From positions 87,950-151,949 of IMG/VR virus record IMGVR_UViG_2912765049_000001: a stretch of 64,000 nucleotides of DNA. One strand, given 5' to 3'. How positions within the stretch are numbered: the first letter of the stretch is position 1; each line of letters starts with the position of its first letter. The position numbers and the translations under genes are program-made. The notes beneath the pieces are model-generated. The model was not told the origin of the DNA and searched no databases. It saw only the letters and a program-made list of their open reading frames with translations. Below are positions 57,320 through 64,000 of the stretch, in pieces. The DNA comes from a virus. Its lineage: Duplodnaviria > Caudoviricetes.

Positions 57320-57898
57320 TCATCGCCGGGTGATGTGCACGTGGTGCGGCAGACCCCAGTGCAGGGCCAGCGCGACCACCGCCTGGTCGACGGTCCTGGT
57401 CGGCTTCACCGACTGCCCCGTGGACGAGGTGATCTTGCAGCCGATGTAGCCGGTGTGCGCCCAGCACCGCTGGACCAGGCCGCCGACGCCGTGCGCGGGG
57501 AAGGTCACCCGGTCGGTGAAGTCCTGCACCTCGCCGTACGGTTCGACGAGGGCCTCGGTGGGCGGCAGTTCGAGGGTGGCGACGACGCCGCAGCGCCCGG
57601 GCCGCACCGTGAAGCCGACGGCCTCGAGGCGGCGGGTCCACTCGGCCTTGTTGGCGGCGTGTTCATCGATCCGCTTGCGGGACTGGTCGCACCGGCCGGC
57701 GTGGTGGTGGATGGCGCCGATGGTGTGCGGCGTCTCGTTCGGCGCGTACAGCGGCCGGCCGGGGGCGTCCTCGAGGGCGAGGCGGGCGAGGCGCTGCAGG
57801 TACATCTTCGGCCGGACGCCCTCCTCGGCCGGCAGGAGCAGCGCCTGCCCTCCTTCGCCCGCCGGGGCCTGTCCCCCGGCGGGCACGGAGTCGGTCAT
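57320..57898 (-). CDS. Hypothetical protein (paralog of 59026-59610)
   Basis: Shared GRCDQS...WTRRLxAVGFTVRP...LPPTEA. Confidence 0.75.
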   Translation of the reverse strand: MTDSVPAGGQAPAGEGGQALLLPAEEGVRPKMYLQRLARLALEDAPGRPLYAPNETPHTIGAIHHHAGRCDQSRKRIDEHAANKAEWTRRLEAVGFTVRPGRCGVVATLELPPTEALVEPYGEVQDFTDRVTFPAHGVGGLVQRCWAHTGYIGCKITSSTGQSVKPTRTVDQAVVALALHWGLPHHVHITRR

Positions 57899-58386
57899 CG
57901 GTCGGTCCCGTCCGCCGGGGCGGCGGTGAGCAGCTGGAGGGCCTGCTTGGCCGACAAGTGGCCCATCTGGGCGCAGACTTCGGCCCGGATCCGGTCGGCT
58001 TCCTCGGTGAAGCCGTGCTCGGCGAGGAGGTCGGCGGCGTGGCTGCCGTGCATGCCGCGGCGCTGCGCCATCGCCGCGCGGATCAGCGCGACGGGGTCCT
58101 TGGGCGCCTCGTCGCCGGACGCAGCGGAGGTCCTCGCGGTACGGCGGCGAGCGCGGGCGGGTGCCTTCTCCCAGGCGGGCTGGCACTGCTCGACGTGCCC
58201 GGTGGCCTTGTCGCCGTTGTCCCTCTTGGCGAAGTGGTTCTCCCAGAAGGTGACCCGGGCGCGGGCCGAGCCGATCTTGTCGTAGGGGCCTTCGTACGCG
58301 GTGAACACGCTTCCGTCCGCGTAGGACTTGATGATGACTGCGCGGTAGACCTTGGCGTCCGGTGCCATGCCGATGTCGCGTGCCAC
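57895..58386 (-). CDS. Hypothetical protein
   Basis: YRAVI...YEGPY...ARARVTFW. Confidence 0.7.
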   Translation of the reverse strand: MARDIGMAPDAKVYRAVIIKSYADGSVFTAYEGPYDKIGSARARVTFWENHFAKRDNGDKATGHVEQCQPAWEKAPARARRRTARTSAASGDEAPKDPVALIRAAMAQRRGMHGSHAADLLAEHGFTEEADRIRAEVCAQMGHLSAKQALQLLTAAPADGTDR

Positions 58387-58389
58387 TTG

Positions 58390-58659
58390 TCAGGTGCTCC
58401 TTCCCGAGGGGCGGTTGCTGTCGCGCCGCATGTCGCGGCCGGTGATGACGGAGAGCTTGTGACGGCCGCAGCCCTGGCAGTGGGTGACGCCGACGAAGGA
58501 GTCCCAGAGGGGGTCGGCGGTCAGCAGCCAGGCCGGGTCGCTGGAGAAGCCGGGCCTCCAGAAGGCGCCGCAGACGCACTGCCGCCGCATCGCGGGCGGC
58601 GGGCCGGTGCGGCGGCGCCGGAAGGGGATCACGTTGTCCGGGAGGTCGTCGTCGGCCAT
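58390..58659 (-). CDS. Small Zn-ribbon protein
   Basis: CVCG...CQGCG. Confidence 0.65.
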   Translation of the reverse strand: MADDDLPDNVIPFRRRRTGPPPAMRRQCVCGAFWRPGFSSDPAWLLTADPLWDSFVGVTHCQGCGRHKLSVITGRDMRRDSNRPSGRST

Positions 58660-58660
58660 G

Positions 58661-59023
58661 TCAGGTCACCTGCTGGGCTTGGGCGTAGAGCCTGGTGGCC
58701 GTGGTGGCGGCGTCCTGGAGCTGGGAGAGGATCTCGTCCCGGTCGCCGTCGAGGATGCTGCGGATCGTCTGCTGGCCGACCGCGCAGCCGTCGTTGTACG
58801 CCTGGCTGTCGTAGTCGGGTCCGGCGTCCAGCCACTCGCGGATGGCGGGCTCGACGACCTTCAGGTTGTGCTCGGGACTGCCGTCGAGGCGGTACTGGAC
58901 GAGGATCTTGCGGACGCACTCCATCGCCCACTCGTAGCCGCGCTCCCAGCGGCCGTTGACGGCGTCGGGGCGGAGCGCCTGGTAGAGCGCGGCAAAGATC
59001 TGCTCGGCGGTGAAGGCGGACAC
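58661..59023 (-). CDS. Hypothetical protein
   Basis: In operon, GC3 bias. Confidence 0.7.
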   Translation of the reverse strand: MSAFTAEQIFAALYQALRPDAVNGRWERGYEWAMECVRKILVQYRLDGSPEHNLKVVEPAIREWLDAGPDYDSQAYNDGCAVGQQTIRSILDGDRDEILSQLQDAATTATRLYAQAQQVT

Positions 59024-59025
59024 GG

Positions 59026-59610
59026 TCAGCTCCAGGCGGGGTGGGTGGGGAGGAAGGTGGTGTTCATAACGTCGTCGGGCAGGCCGAAGTGGACGGCGAG
59101 CGCCTCGACGCCGTGCGCCAGTTCCGTCACGGACCGCAGGACCTCGCCGTCGAGGGTGAGCACGTCGTAGTTGGCGCTGGCGTGGGTGGGGACCAGGCGC
59201 AGCAGGCCCCCGAGTCCATGTGCGGGGAAGGTCACCTTGCGGGTGAACTCCTCGACCGGTCCGTGGCGTTCGACGACGGCCTCGGTGGGCGGCAGGTCGC
59301 AGGTGGCGATGAGTCCGCAGCGGCGGGCGGGGCGCACCGTGAAGCCGACCGCCTTCAGGCGGCGGGTCCAGTCGGCAGCCAGCTCGGCGTGCTCACGGAC
59401 GCGCCGCTCCGACTGGTCGCAGCGGCCGGTGTGGTACGGGAGAAGAACGATGTTCTTCGGGTCGCTGCCGGTGCCGTACAGCGGGTGCCCGGGCGCGCCG
59501 TCGAAGGCGTGGTCGGCCAGCCGCATGCGGTAGTGCTGGGTGTTGCCGGCCTGCGGCGGGAGCACCAGCACCGGGACGGTCTTGGCCGGGGAGTTGGGAA
59601 CTTCGGTCAC
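59026..59610 (-). CDS. Hypothetical protein (paralog of 57320-57898)
   Basis: AAGGAG RBS + GTG; similarity to the paralog. Confidence 0.75.
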   Translation of the reverse strand: MTEVPNSPAKTVPVLVLPPQAGNTQHYRMRLADHAFDGAPGHPLYGTGSDPKNIVLLPYHTGRCDQSERRVREHAELAADWTRRLKAVGFTVRPARRCGLIATCDLPPTEAVVERHGPVEEFTRKVTFPAHGLGGLLRLVPTHASANYDVLTLDGEVLRSVTELAHGVEALAVHFGLPDDVMNTTFLPTHPAWS

Positions 59611-59668
59611 TTCGGTCGCTCCTTGCGAGGGGCGCCGACCGTGGCACTGGTCGGCGCCCGTGGCGGGC

Positions 59669-59965
59669 TCAGGACGGGGCGGGCGCGGTGCGTCGGCTTG
59701 GGGTGAACATCCGGCGCAGGCGGCGCCTGCTGCGGCGGGTGTCGTCGCCTCCGCCGCCCTTCCACCACGTCCAGGCCAGCAGCAGGGTCAGGGCGGTGGA
59801 CATGCCGGTCAGGGGGAGGTTGCCGAGGCGGAGCGCTCCGACGGCGGCGCAGAGGGTGCCGAGAGCCTCGAGACCCGCCGCGCGGTGGGTGGCGAGGCGG
59901 CCGGAGAAGAACCCGGCCAGGCCGCACATGGCGAAGGCGAAACCGCTGGCGAGCACAGGGTCCAT
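59669..59965 (-). CDS. Small membrane protein
   Basis: Hydrophobic segments then WWKGGGGDDTRRSRRRL. Confidence 0.65.
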   Translation of the reverse strand: MDPVLASGFAFAMCGLAGFFSGRLATHRAAGLEALGTLCAAVGALRLGNLPLTGMSTALTLLLAWTWWKGGGGDDTRRSRRRLRRMFTPSRRTAPAPS

Positions 59966-59979
59966 GTCGGTTCCCCGGC

Positions 59980-60450
59980 TCAGACGTCGCGGCCGTGCAG
60001 GCGCATGTGGTCGACGAAGTCCGCTCCCTCGAGGCCCTTGAGGCGCCGGTCGCAGACCCCGCAGCGCATCCCGGGCAGCAGCCGCAGCGACTTGGCCCAC
60101 TCCCGTCCGGCGGAGGCCCACGCGATGGCGTGGAGCACCAGCAGCCGGTTGTCCGCGTCGAGCTTGGACAGGTGGGGGAAGTCGGCCCCGAGTTCCGGGG
60201 CGGCCAGGGCCCGGGCGATCGTCAGGATCTGGAACTCGGCGTCGGTGCCGATGAGCTGGTACCGCTGGGAGGACGTGCCGGGCCAGTCGACGCGGGCCTG
60301 GCCGGAGTCCGTGTCGCGGCTGATGAGGCCCATCCGGTCGAGTTCCTCCAGCCAGTGGCCGCTCTCGGCGAGCAGCCAGACGGCGGCCTCCTCCCTCGTG
60401 TTGGGGTGCGCGGTGGCGGCGAGCTGCTGGGCGAGGCGGTCATTGCTCAT
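59980..60450 (-). CDS. Hypothetical protein with C-terminal C2H2-like finger
   Basis: EAAVWLL...CGVC...HMRLH. Confidence 0.65.
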   Translation of the reverse strand: MSNDRLAQQLAATAHPNTREEAAVWLLAESGHWLEELDRMGLISRDTDSGQARVDWPGTSSQRYQLIGTDAEFQILTIARALAAPELGADFPHLSKLDADNRLLVLHAIAWASAGREWAKSLRLLPGMRCGVCDRRLKGLEGADFVDHMRLHGRDV

Positions 60451-60557
60451 GAGGGTCAAGGTGTTCTCCGTGGGTTCGGGTCGGCGGGTGTGCGGTGTCC
60501 TGGCGTCCGCCCGGCGCGGGGCGCACGCCAGGACACCGGGGTTGTCGGGGCTGTGGG

Positions 60558-60923
60558 TCAGGCGGCGGCCGGGGCCGCGTCGCCTTCGGGGCTGTGGTCG
60601 GCGCAGACCAGGGACAGGGGCTCGCCGTCCTTGGGGAGGTTCAGCTCGATCTCCTCGGCCTTGCCGCACAGCAGGCAGTCGAGGGTCACCGTGCGCACCA
60701 TGCGCATGACCCGGACCTGGGTGGCGCTGGGCAGGTTCAGCGGCTCCTGGCAGCCCATCAGCGTGAGGGTGGCCAGGGTCAGTTCGGCGGAGAGTGGTGT
60801 CTCCTCGGTCTCGACCACGGTCAGCGCGGTGGTCGGGGCCTCGGGGAAGGCGAAGATGTCGCCGGGGCGCAGCTCGCGGGCGTGGACGGGCCGGGTGAAG
60901 GAGACGGAGACGACGGTGCTCAT
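60558..60923 (-). CDS. Hypothetical Zn-binding protein
   Basis: ARELRPGD...CLLCG...CADH. Confidence 0.7.
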   Translation of the reverse strand: MSTVVSVSFTRPVHARELRPGDIFAFPEAPTTALTVVETEETPLSAELTLATLTLMGCQEPLNLPSATQVRVMRMVRTVTLDCLLCGKAEEIELNLPKDGEPLSLVCADHSPEGDAAPAAA

Positions 60924-60964
60924 GGGGCGGGGTGCCTTCTGTCGGGGCGGGATGAGAGGGGGCG

Positions 60965-61144
60965 TCAGTCGGTGGCGGTCTCGTCGCGGATGAGGCGGCG
61001 CAGCGCGGCCTTGCCGAGGGCCCGGACGCGGCGGTGCAGGTAGCGCTTGCCGCCGTCGACGCGGGTCTCGTCGCGGTAGCGGTGGGGTCCGGCGGCGCCG
61101 TTGCCGAGGCTGACGCCGAGGCTGCGGGGCTTGCGACGGGACAT
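60965..61144 (-). CDS. Small basic protein
   Basis: GAGG RBS; MSRRKPRS... Confidence 0.6.
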   Translation of the reverse strand: MSRRKPRSLGVSLGNGAAGPHRYRDETRVDGGKRYLHRRVRALGKAALRRLIRDETATD

Positions 61145-61190
61145 TCGGGCCTCTTCCTGTTCGGGTGGGTACGGGTCCGACACTAGCTCT

Positions 61191-61218
61191 AAACCCAATA
61201 CGTAAGCAACGGGCTTAG
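61191..61218. promoter_or_regulatory. Motif B copy 3 (minus strand reads TTGCTT-N18-TAGTGT)
   Basis: AAACCCAATACGTAAGCAACGGGCTTAG. Confidence 0.65.
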
Positions 61219-61351
61219 CGGTCAGGGTGGTGGGGTGCGGCGGAGGCGTTCCGGGGCGTCCGGGTGATTGCCGGGCAATCACCGCGCCCGGTCGGCCGGC
61301 GCGCCCGGGCCAGGTCGCCGATCTACGCTGAAGGTGCTGCTGGAGGTTCGT

Positions 61352-62293
61352 GTGCCGCCCTTCGATCTGCCCGTCCCGCTGGCCCTGGCCCGCGCGGTCG
61401 ACGCCGTCCCGGAAGGGCCGCACCTTGCTCTGGAACCGAAGTGGGACGGCTGGAGATGCCAGGTGTGGACCGGCGGCGCTCGGGTGTGGAGCCGGCACGG
61501 CACGGACCTCTCGCGTGCGTTCTCCGACGTCGCAGCCGCCGCGCGGGCGCTGCCGGACGCGGTCCTGGACGGCGAGCTGGTCGCGGTGCTCGACGACGGC
61601 AGCGGGGTCGCCTTCGACCGGCTGCAGAGCCGGTCCGCCGGCCGCGGTCCCCGGCGCGGGGCGGACTTCACCGTGCACGTCGCCCTCTTCGACGTCCTGG
61701 CGGTCGGCGACGTCGACACCCGGCCGCTGCCGTACGCGCGGCGGCGCGCCGAACTGCTGCGGCTCCTCGAGGGCGGTCCGGACACCCTGCGGCCCGTGCC
61801 GTCCACCGGGGACATGCGCGAAGCGCTGGCCTGGGTCGGCGCGCTGTCCGGCGTGGAGGGCCTGGTGGCGAAGCCGAGCGGCCGGTACGCCGAGGGGCTG
61901 CGCTCGGGCTGGCTGAAGTGGCGCCGCAGGCACACCACGGAGGCCGTCGTGATCGGGGTGACCGCCACGGCGCCGGCCGCGCAGGCCCTGGTGCTGGGCC
62001 GGCCGAGCGGCGGGCGGATGCGGGCCGTCGGGGTGAGCCTTCCCCTGCCCCAGCCGCTGCGCCTGGCCGTGGCGCCGCGGCTGCACCCGGCCGGCGGGAT
62101 GCGTGAACTGCCGGGCACGGTGGGCGGGTTGCCCGGCGCGGACCCGGTGCGCTACCGGCCGGTGGCGCCGGAGGTGGTGGTGGAGATCGAGGTCGACCAG
62201 GAGCGGCTGGAGTTCGGCCGCTACCGGCACCGCCCGCGCGTACGGCGCGTCAGGGGGGACCTGACGCCCGGTCTGCTCGACGAGGCCCCGTAG
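61352..62293 (+). CDS. ATP-dependent DNA ligase (LigC/LigD-ligase-like)
   Basis: EPKWDGWR, LDGELV, FDVL, EGLVAK and WLK motifs. Confidence 0.9.
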   Translation: MPPFDLPVPLALARAVDAVPEGPHLALEPKWDGWRCQVWTGGARVWSRHGTDLSRAFSDVAAAARALPDAVLDGELVAVLDDGSGVAFDRLQSRSAGRGPRRGADFTVHVALFDVLAVGDVDTRPLPYARRRAELLRLLEGGPDTLRPVPSTGDMREALAWVGALSGVEGLVAKPSGRYAEGLRSGWLKWRRRHTTEAVVIGVTATAPAAQALVLGRPSGGRMRAVGVSLPLPQPLRLAVAPRLHPAGGMRELPGTVGGLPGADPVRYRPVAPEVVVEIEVDQERLEFGRYRHRPRVRRVRGDLTPGLLDEAP

Positions 62294-62304
62294 GGCAACA
62301 AGGA

Positions 62305-62332
62305 GGGGCCCACCGCTCGAGCAGTGGACCCC
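62305..62332. terminator. Hairpin terminator between the ligase and the ncRNA unit
   Basis: GGGGCCCACCGC-TCGA-GCAGTGGACCCC; pairs fully with G-U on the minus-strand RNA. Confidence 0.6.
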
Positions 62333-62336
62333 CCAA

Positions 62337-62427
62337 TGGTGCGGCTCCGGGACTCTTGTCTACCCGGCCCCCGCTCCGCTCGCTCCCACCCGGGACCTTC
62401 GCGGAGCGGCTCTTTATGAGGCCACCC
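62337..62427 (-). ncRNA. tRNA-like RNA C (long central arm, ends ACCA)
   Basis: GGGTGGC-[CTC ATAAA GAG]-[CCGCTCCGC..TCCC GGGT GGGA..GCGGAGCGG]-GGG-[CCGGG TAGACAAGAGT CCCGG]-A-GCCGCACCA. Confidence 0.65.
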
Positions 62428-62476
62428 GTCGCCCGTCGGCGGCGGTTCCAGCTAGCCAGCGCGCGTTCTGGCCGCG

Positions 62477-62540
62477 TGGGAGCGGAAGGAATCGAACCTC
62501 CCTCGTTGCCGCGTGAGCGGCACGGTGTTTCCGAACTCCC
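62477..62540 (-). ncRNA. tRNA-like RNA B / pseudo-tRNA (canonical T-arm, mini D-arm)
   Basis: GGGAGTT-[CGG AAACA CCG]-[TGCCG CTCACG CGGCA]-ACGAG-[GGAGG TTCGATT CCTTC]-CGCTCCC-A. Confidence 0.7.
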
Positions 62541-62581
62541 GTGCAAGGGGCCGCTGGTGCGGTTCCCTACGAACACAACCA

Positions 62582-62598
62582 TACAACGTCTCATTGTA
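62582..62598 (-). promoter_or_regulatory. Operator/promoter copy driving RNAs B and C
   Basis: TACAAC-GTCTC-ATTGTA; minus-strand -10 TATGGT. Confidence 0.75.
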
Positions 62599-62655
62599 TT
62601 GATGTCAGTATTTTCGGAGGCGGACCGCGAAGTCCGCCCCGGCAGCGGACGTGCG

Positions 62656-62687
62656 GAAGGGCCCGCCTCGCGAGCGGCGGGCCCTTC
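62656..62687 (-). terminator. Terminator after RNA A
   Basis: GAAGGGCCCGCC / GGCGGGCCCTTC 12-bp stem. Confidence 0.7.
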
Positions 62688-62688
62688 A

Positions 62689-62778
62689 TGGAGCGGTCCG
62701 GGACTCTTACCCGGCCCCCAGCCCCGTCCCCCTCCATCCGGAGGTACGAGGGGGTCCGGCTCTCGATGAGTCCGCTCC
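62689..62778 (-). ncRNA. tRNA-like RNA A (homolog of RNA C, ends TCCA)
   Basis: GGAGCGG-A-[CTC ATCGA GAG]-[long arm capped by CCTCC GGAT GGAGG]-GGG-[CCGGG TAAGAGT CCCGG]-A-CCGCTCCA. Confidence 0.65.
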
Positions 62779-62813
62779 CCCGCCCCGCGGTACCCGGGGC
62801 GACACCAAGACAA

Positions 62814-62830
62814 TACAACGGTTCATTGTA
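62814..62830 (-). promoter_or_regulatory. Operator/promoter copy driving RNA A
   Basis: TACAAC-GGTTC-ATTGTA; minus-strand -10 TATTGT. Confidence 0.75.
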
Positions 62831-62846
62831 TGGAGTCCAGGGGGTT

Positions 62847-63452
62847 TTACCGGTCCGGATCGAATCCGGCAGGCACGGTCAGCCAGCCCGGCGCCTCGGC
62901 CAAGGCCGCGTCGTGCCCCACTGTGTACGCGCCGTCCGGGGTGACGCACCCGGCGGCCGGGACGTACGAGCCGGTGCAGCGGACCTCCACGTGCCAGGCG
63001 AGCGGGCCGGGCGCGGCCGGCGGGCAGGCGTCGTCCGGGTGGGCGAAGTAGTACTGCATCCGCCCGCCGGGACCGTCCACGCTGTACGTCTCGCACGGCA
63101 GCCGCGCTCTCCACTCCTCGAGGAGCACCGCCAGGACGTCCGTACCGCCATGGACGCCGGGCAGCCGGTACGGCTCCGGGGGCTGTTCCCCCGCGCCGGC
63201 CGGGACCAGGTCCAGCACGAGCAGCCCGGAGGCGCACGGCACGATGCCGACGTTGAACGGGCCGGAGTCCCAGCAGCGCACGATCCGCCAGGTGTTGGTG
63301 GTGGCCCGCTCGGCCCAGTCCCGTACGGCCGGCTCGGTGGTGCCCGGGCGCAGCGGGAAGACGTGCCAGCCCCGGGCAGCCGCGGCGAGCGCGACCGCCT
63401 TCAAGTCCTTCTGCTGGCGGCGGTCGTGCCGCCGGGAGGCGAGTTCGTCCAT
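62847..63452 (-). CDS. Bifunctional DNA primase/polymerase N-terminal domain protein
   Basis: GWHVFPL...ATT...NVGI...GLLVLDL...GSYVPAAG. Confidence 0.85.
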   Translation of the reverse strand: MDELASRRHDRRQQKDLKAVALAAAARGWHVFPLRPGTTEPAVRDWAERATTNTWRIVRCWDSGPFNVGIVPCASGLLVLDLVPAGAGEQPPEPYRLPGVHGGTDVLAVLLEEWRARLPCETYSVDGPGGRMQYYFAHPDDACPPAAPGPLAWHVEVRCTGSYVPAAGCVTPDGAYTVGHDAALAEAPGWLTVPAGFDPDR

Positions 63453-63473
63453 GATCCCGGTGTCCGTCGCTGG

Positions 63474-64000
63474 TCAGTGGTGGGCTTCGTCCCAGGCGCC
63501 GCGGCGTTCGGCTGCGGTGGGCAGGTCGCCGCGGCGTTCGGTGAAGGCGGGCGGCATCTCGTCATCGAGGGCGTTGCCGACGATGACGTTGCGGTCCATG
63601 AAGTCGAAGGGCTCACGGCCGTCGATCTCCAGCCACAGCGCCGTACGGGCGAGGTCGACGGCGACCGGGTCGATGTCGACGCCGAAGATGCACTCGCGCA
63701 TCACCACCGGCAGGGCGTACTTCATGTGCACCGCCGGGGCCGGGGAAATACCGGAGACCCGCTCGGCGAGGCGGCCGGCGATGAGGCGGGCCGCCTCGAT
63801 GAGGAACACCCCGGCACCGCACGCCGGGTCGATGGAGAGGACCTGCAGGAGGTTCCCGGGGTCCGGGTGCTGCGCGAGGCGGTCCAGCTGCGGTCCGATG
63901 GACAGGCGGCACATCGCCTCGGCCACCTCGGGCGGGGTGTACCAGGAGCCGAGGGTGGCGCGGACGCCGAGGCCCTTCTTGTTCACCGTGACGGTGCCGT
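63474..64000 (-). CDS. N6-adenine methyltransferase-like (Eco57I/N-6 type) protein, C-terminally short; start may lie outside the window
   Basis: GSWYTPPEV, IDPACGAGVFL, IFGVDIDP, VGNAL; no NPPY motif before the stop. Confidence 0.7.
   Translation of the reverse strand, partial: GTVTVNKKGLGVRATLGSWYTPPEVAEAMCRLSIGPQLDRLAQHPDPGNLLQVLSIDPACGAGVFLIEAARLIAGRLAERVSGISPAPAVHMKYALPVVMRECIFGVDIDPVAVDLARTALWLEIDGREPFDFMDRNVIVGNALDDEMPPAFTERRGDLPTAAERRGAWDEAHH

Larger units (their letters stand above)
1..64000. mobile_element. Prophage / phage-plasmid hybrid with a Streptomyces-type conjugation module (both ends outside the window)
   Basis: Head-tail module, TraB-like operon and rep gene; one operator motif is shared from 15 kb to 63 kb; no housekeeping genes. 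Confidence 0.8.

Noticed and set aside
62477-62540. Functional tRNA-Val(CAC) or an att-site tRNA remnant
   Set aside because: Anticodon loop is 6 nt or fewer, the D-arm is minimal and CCA is not encoded. It sits inside an operator-driven unit with no integrase nearby.
62756-62780. Hammerhead ribozyme (CTCGATGAGTCC resembles CUGAUGA)
   Set aside because: The core is not CUGANGA and there is no matching GAAA; the minus-strand cloverleaf explains the sequence.
62250-62813. ORFs 62250-62813 (-) and 62356-62769 (+)
   Set aside because: No RBS, no GC3 bias, and they cross two promoters and terminators.

Overview
High-GC actinobacterial (Streptomyces-like) mobile element that combines a siphovirus-type prophage with a Streptomyces plasmid-type conjugation module. 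Left arm (1-24.8 kb, minus strand): tape measure, tail assembly chaperone with a -1 frameshift, tail tube, neck genes, MuF-like minor capsid, major capsid, decoration, scaffold, portal and terminase, plus ParB-N-domain proteins and both C5 and N6/N4 DNA methyltransferases. Small plus-strand cassettes are interspersed in this arm. Middle: XRE / MAB_1171c-like membrane protein / P450 cargo, then a leftward FtsK/TraB and Spd-like transfer operon (30-44 kb), an HTH regulator, a replication initiator with internal iterons, an XRE-TPR regulator and a tandem pair of NUDIX-like proteins. Right arm: many small early-type genes, a TA pair, an EndoVII nuclease, an ATP-dependent ligase, a prim-pol domain and a truncated methyltransferase. 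Main non-coding discoveries: (1) three tRNA-like cloverleaf RNAs with mini D-arms and non-canonical anticodon arms at 62.3-62.8 kb, in two transcription units with their own promoter-operator and terminator; (2) a 14-copy TACAAC-N5-GTTGTA operator embedded in promoters across the element; (3) further repeat families (TGWCCCC-N5-GGGKACA, AAACCC-NN-TACGTAAG, a GGTCTC/GAGACC cluster, CGTCAA tandems, rep iterons). No integrase or lysis genes are visible in this window. All protein calls come from motif recognition and synteny, not database searches.
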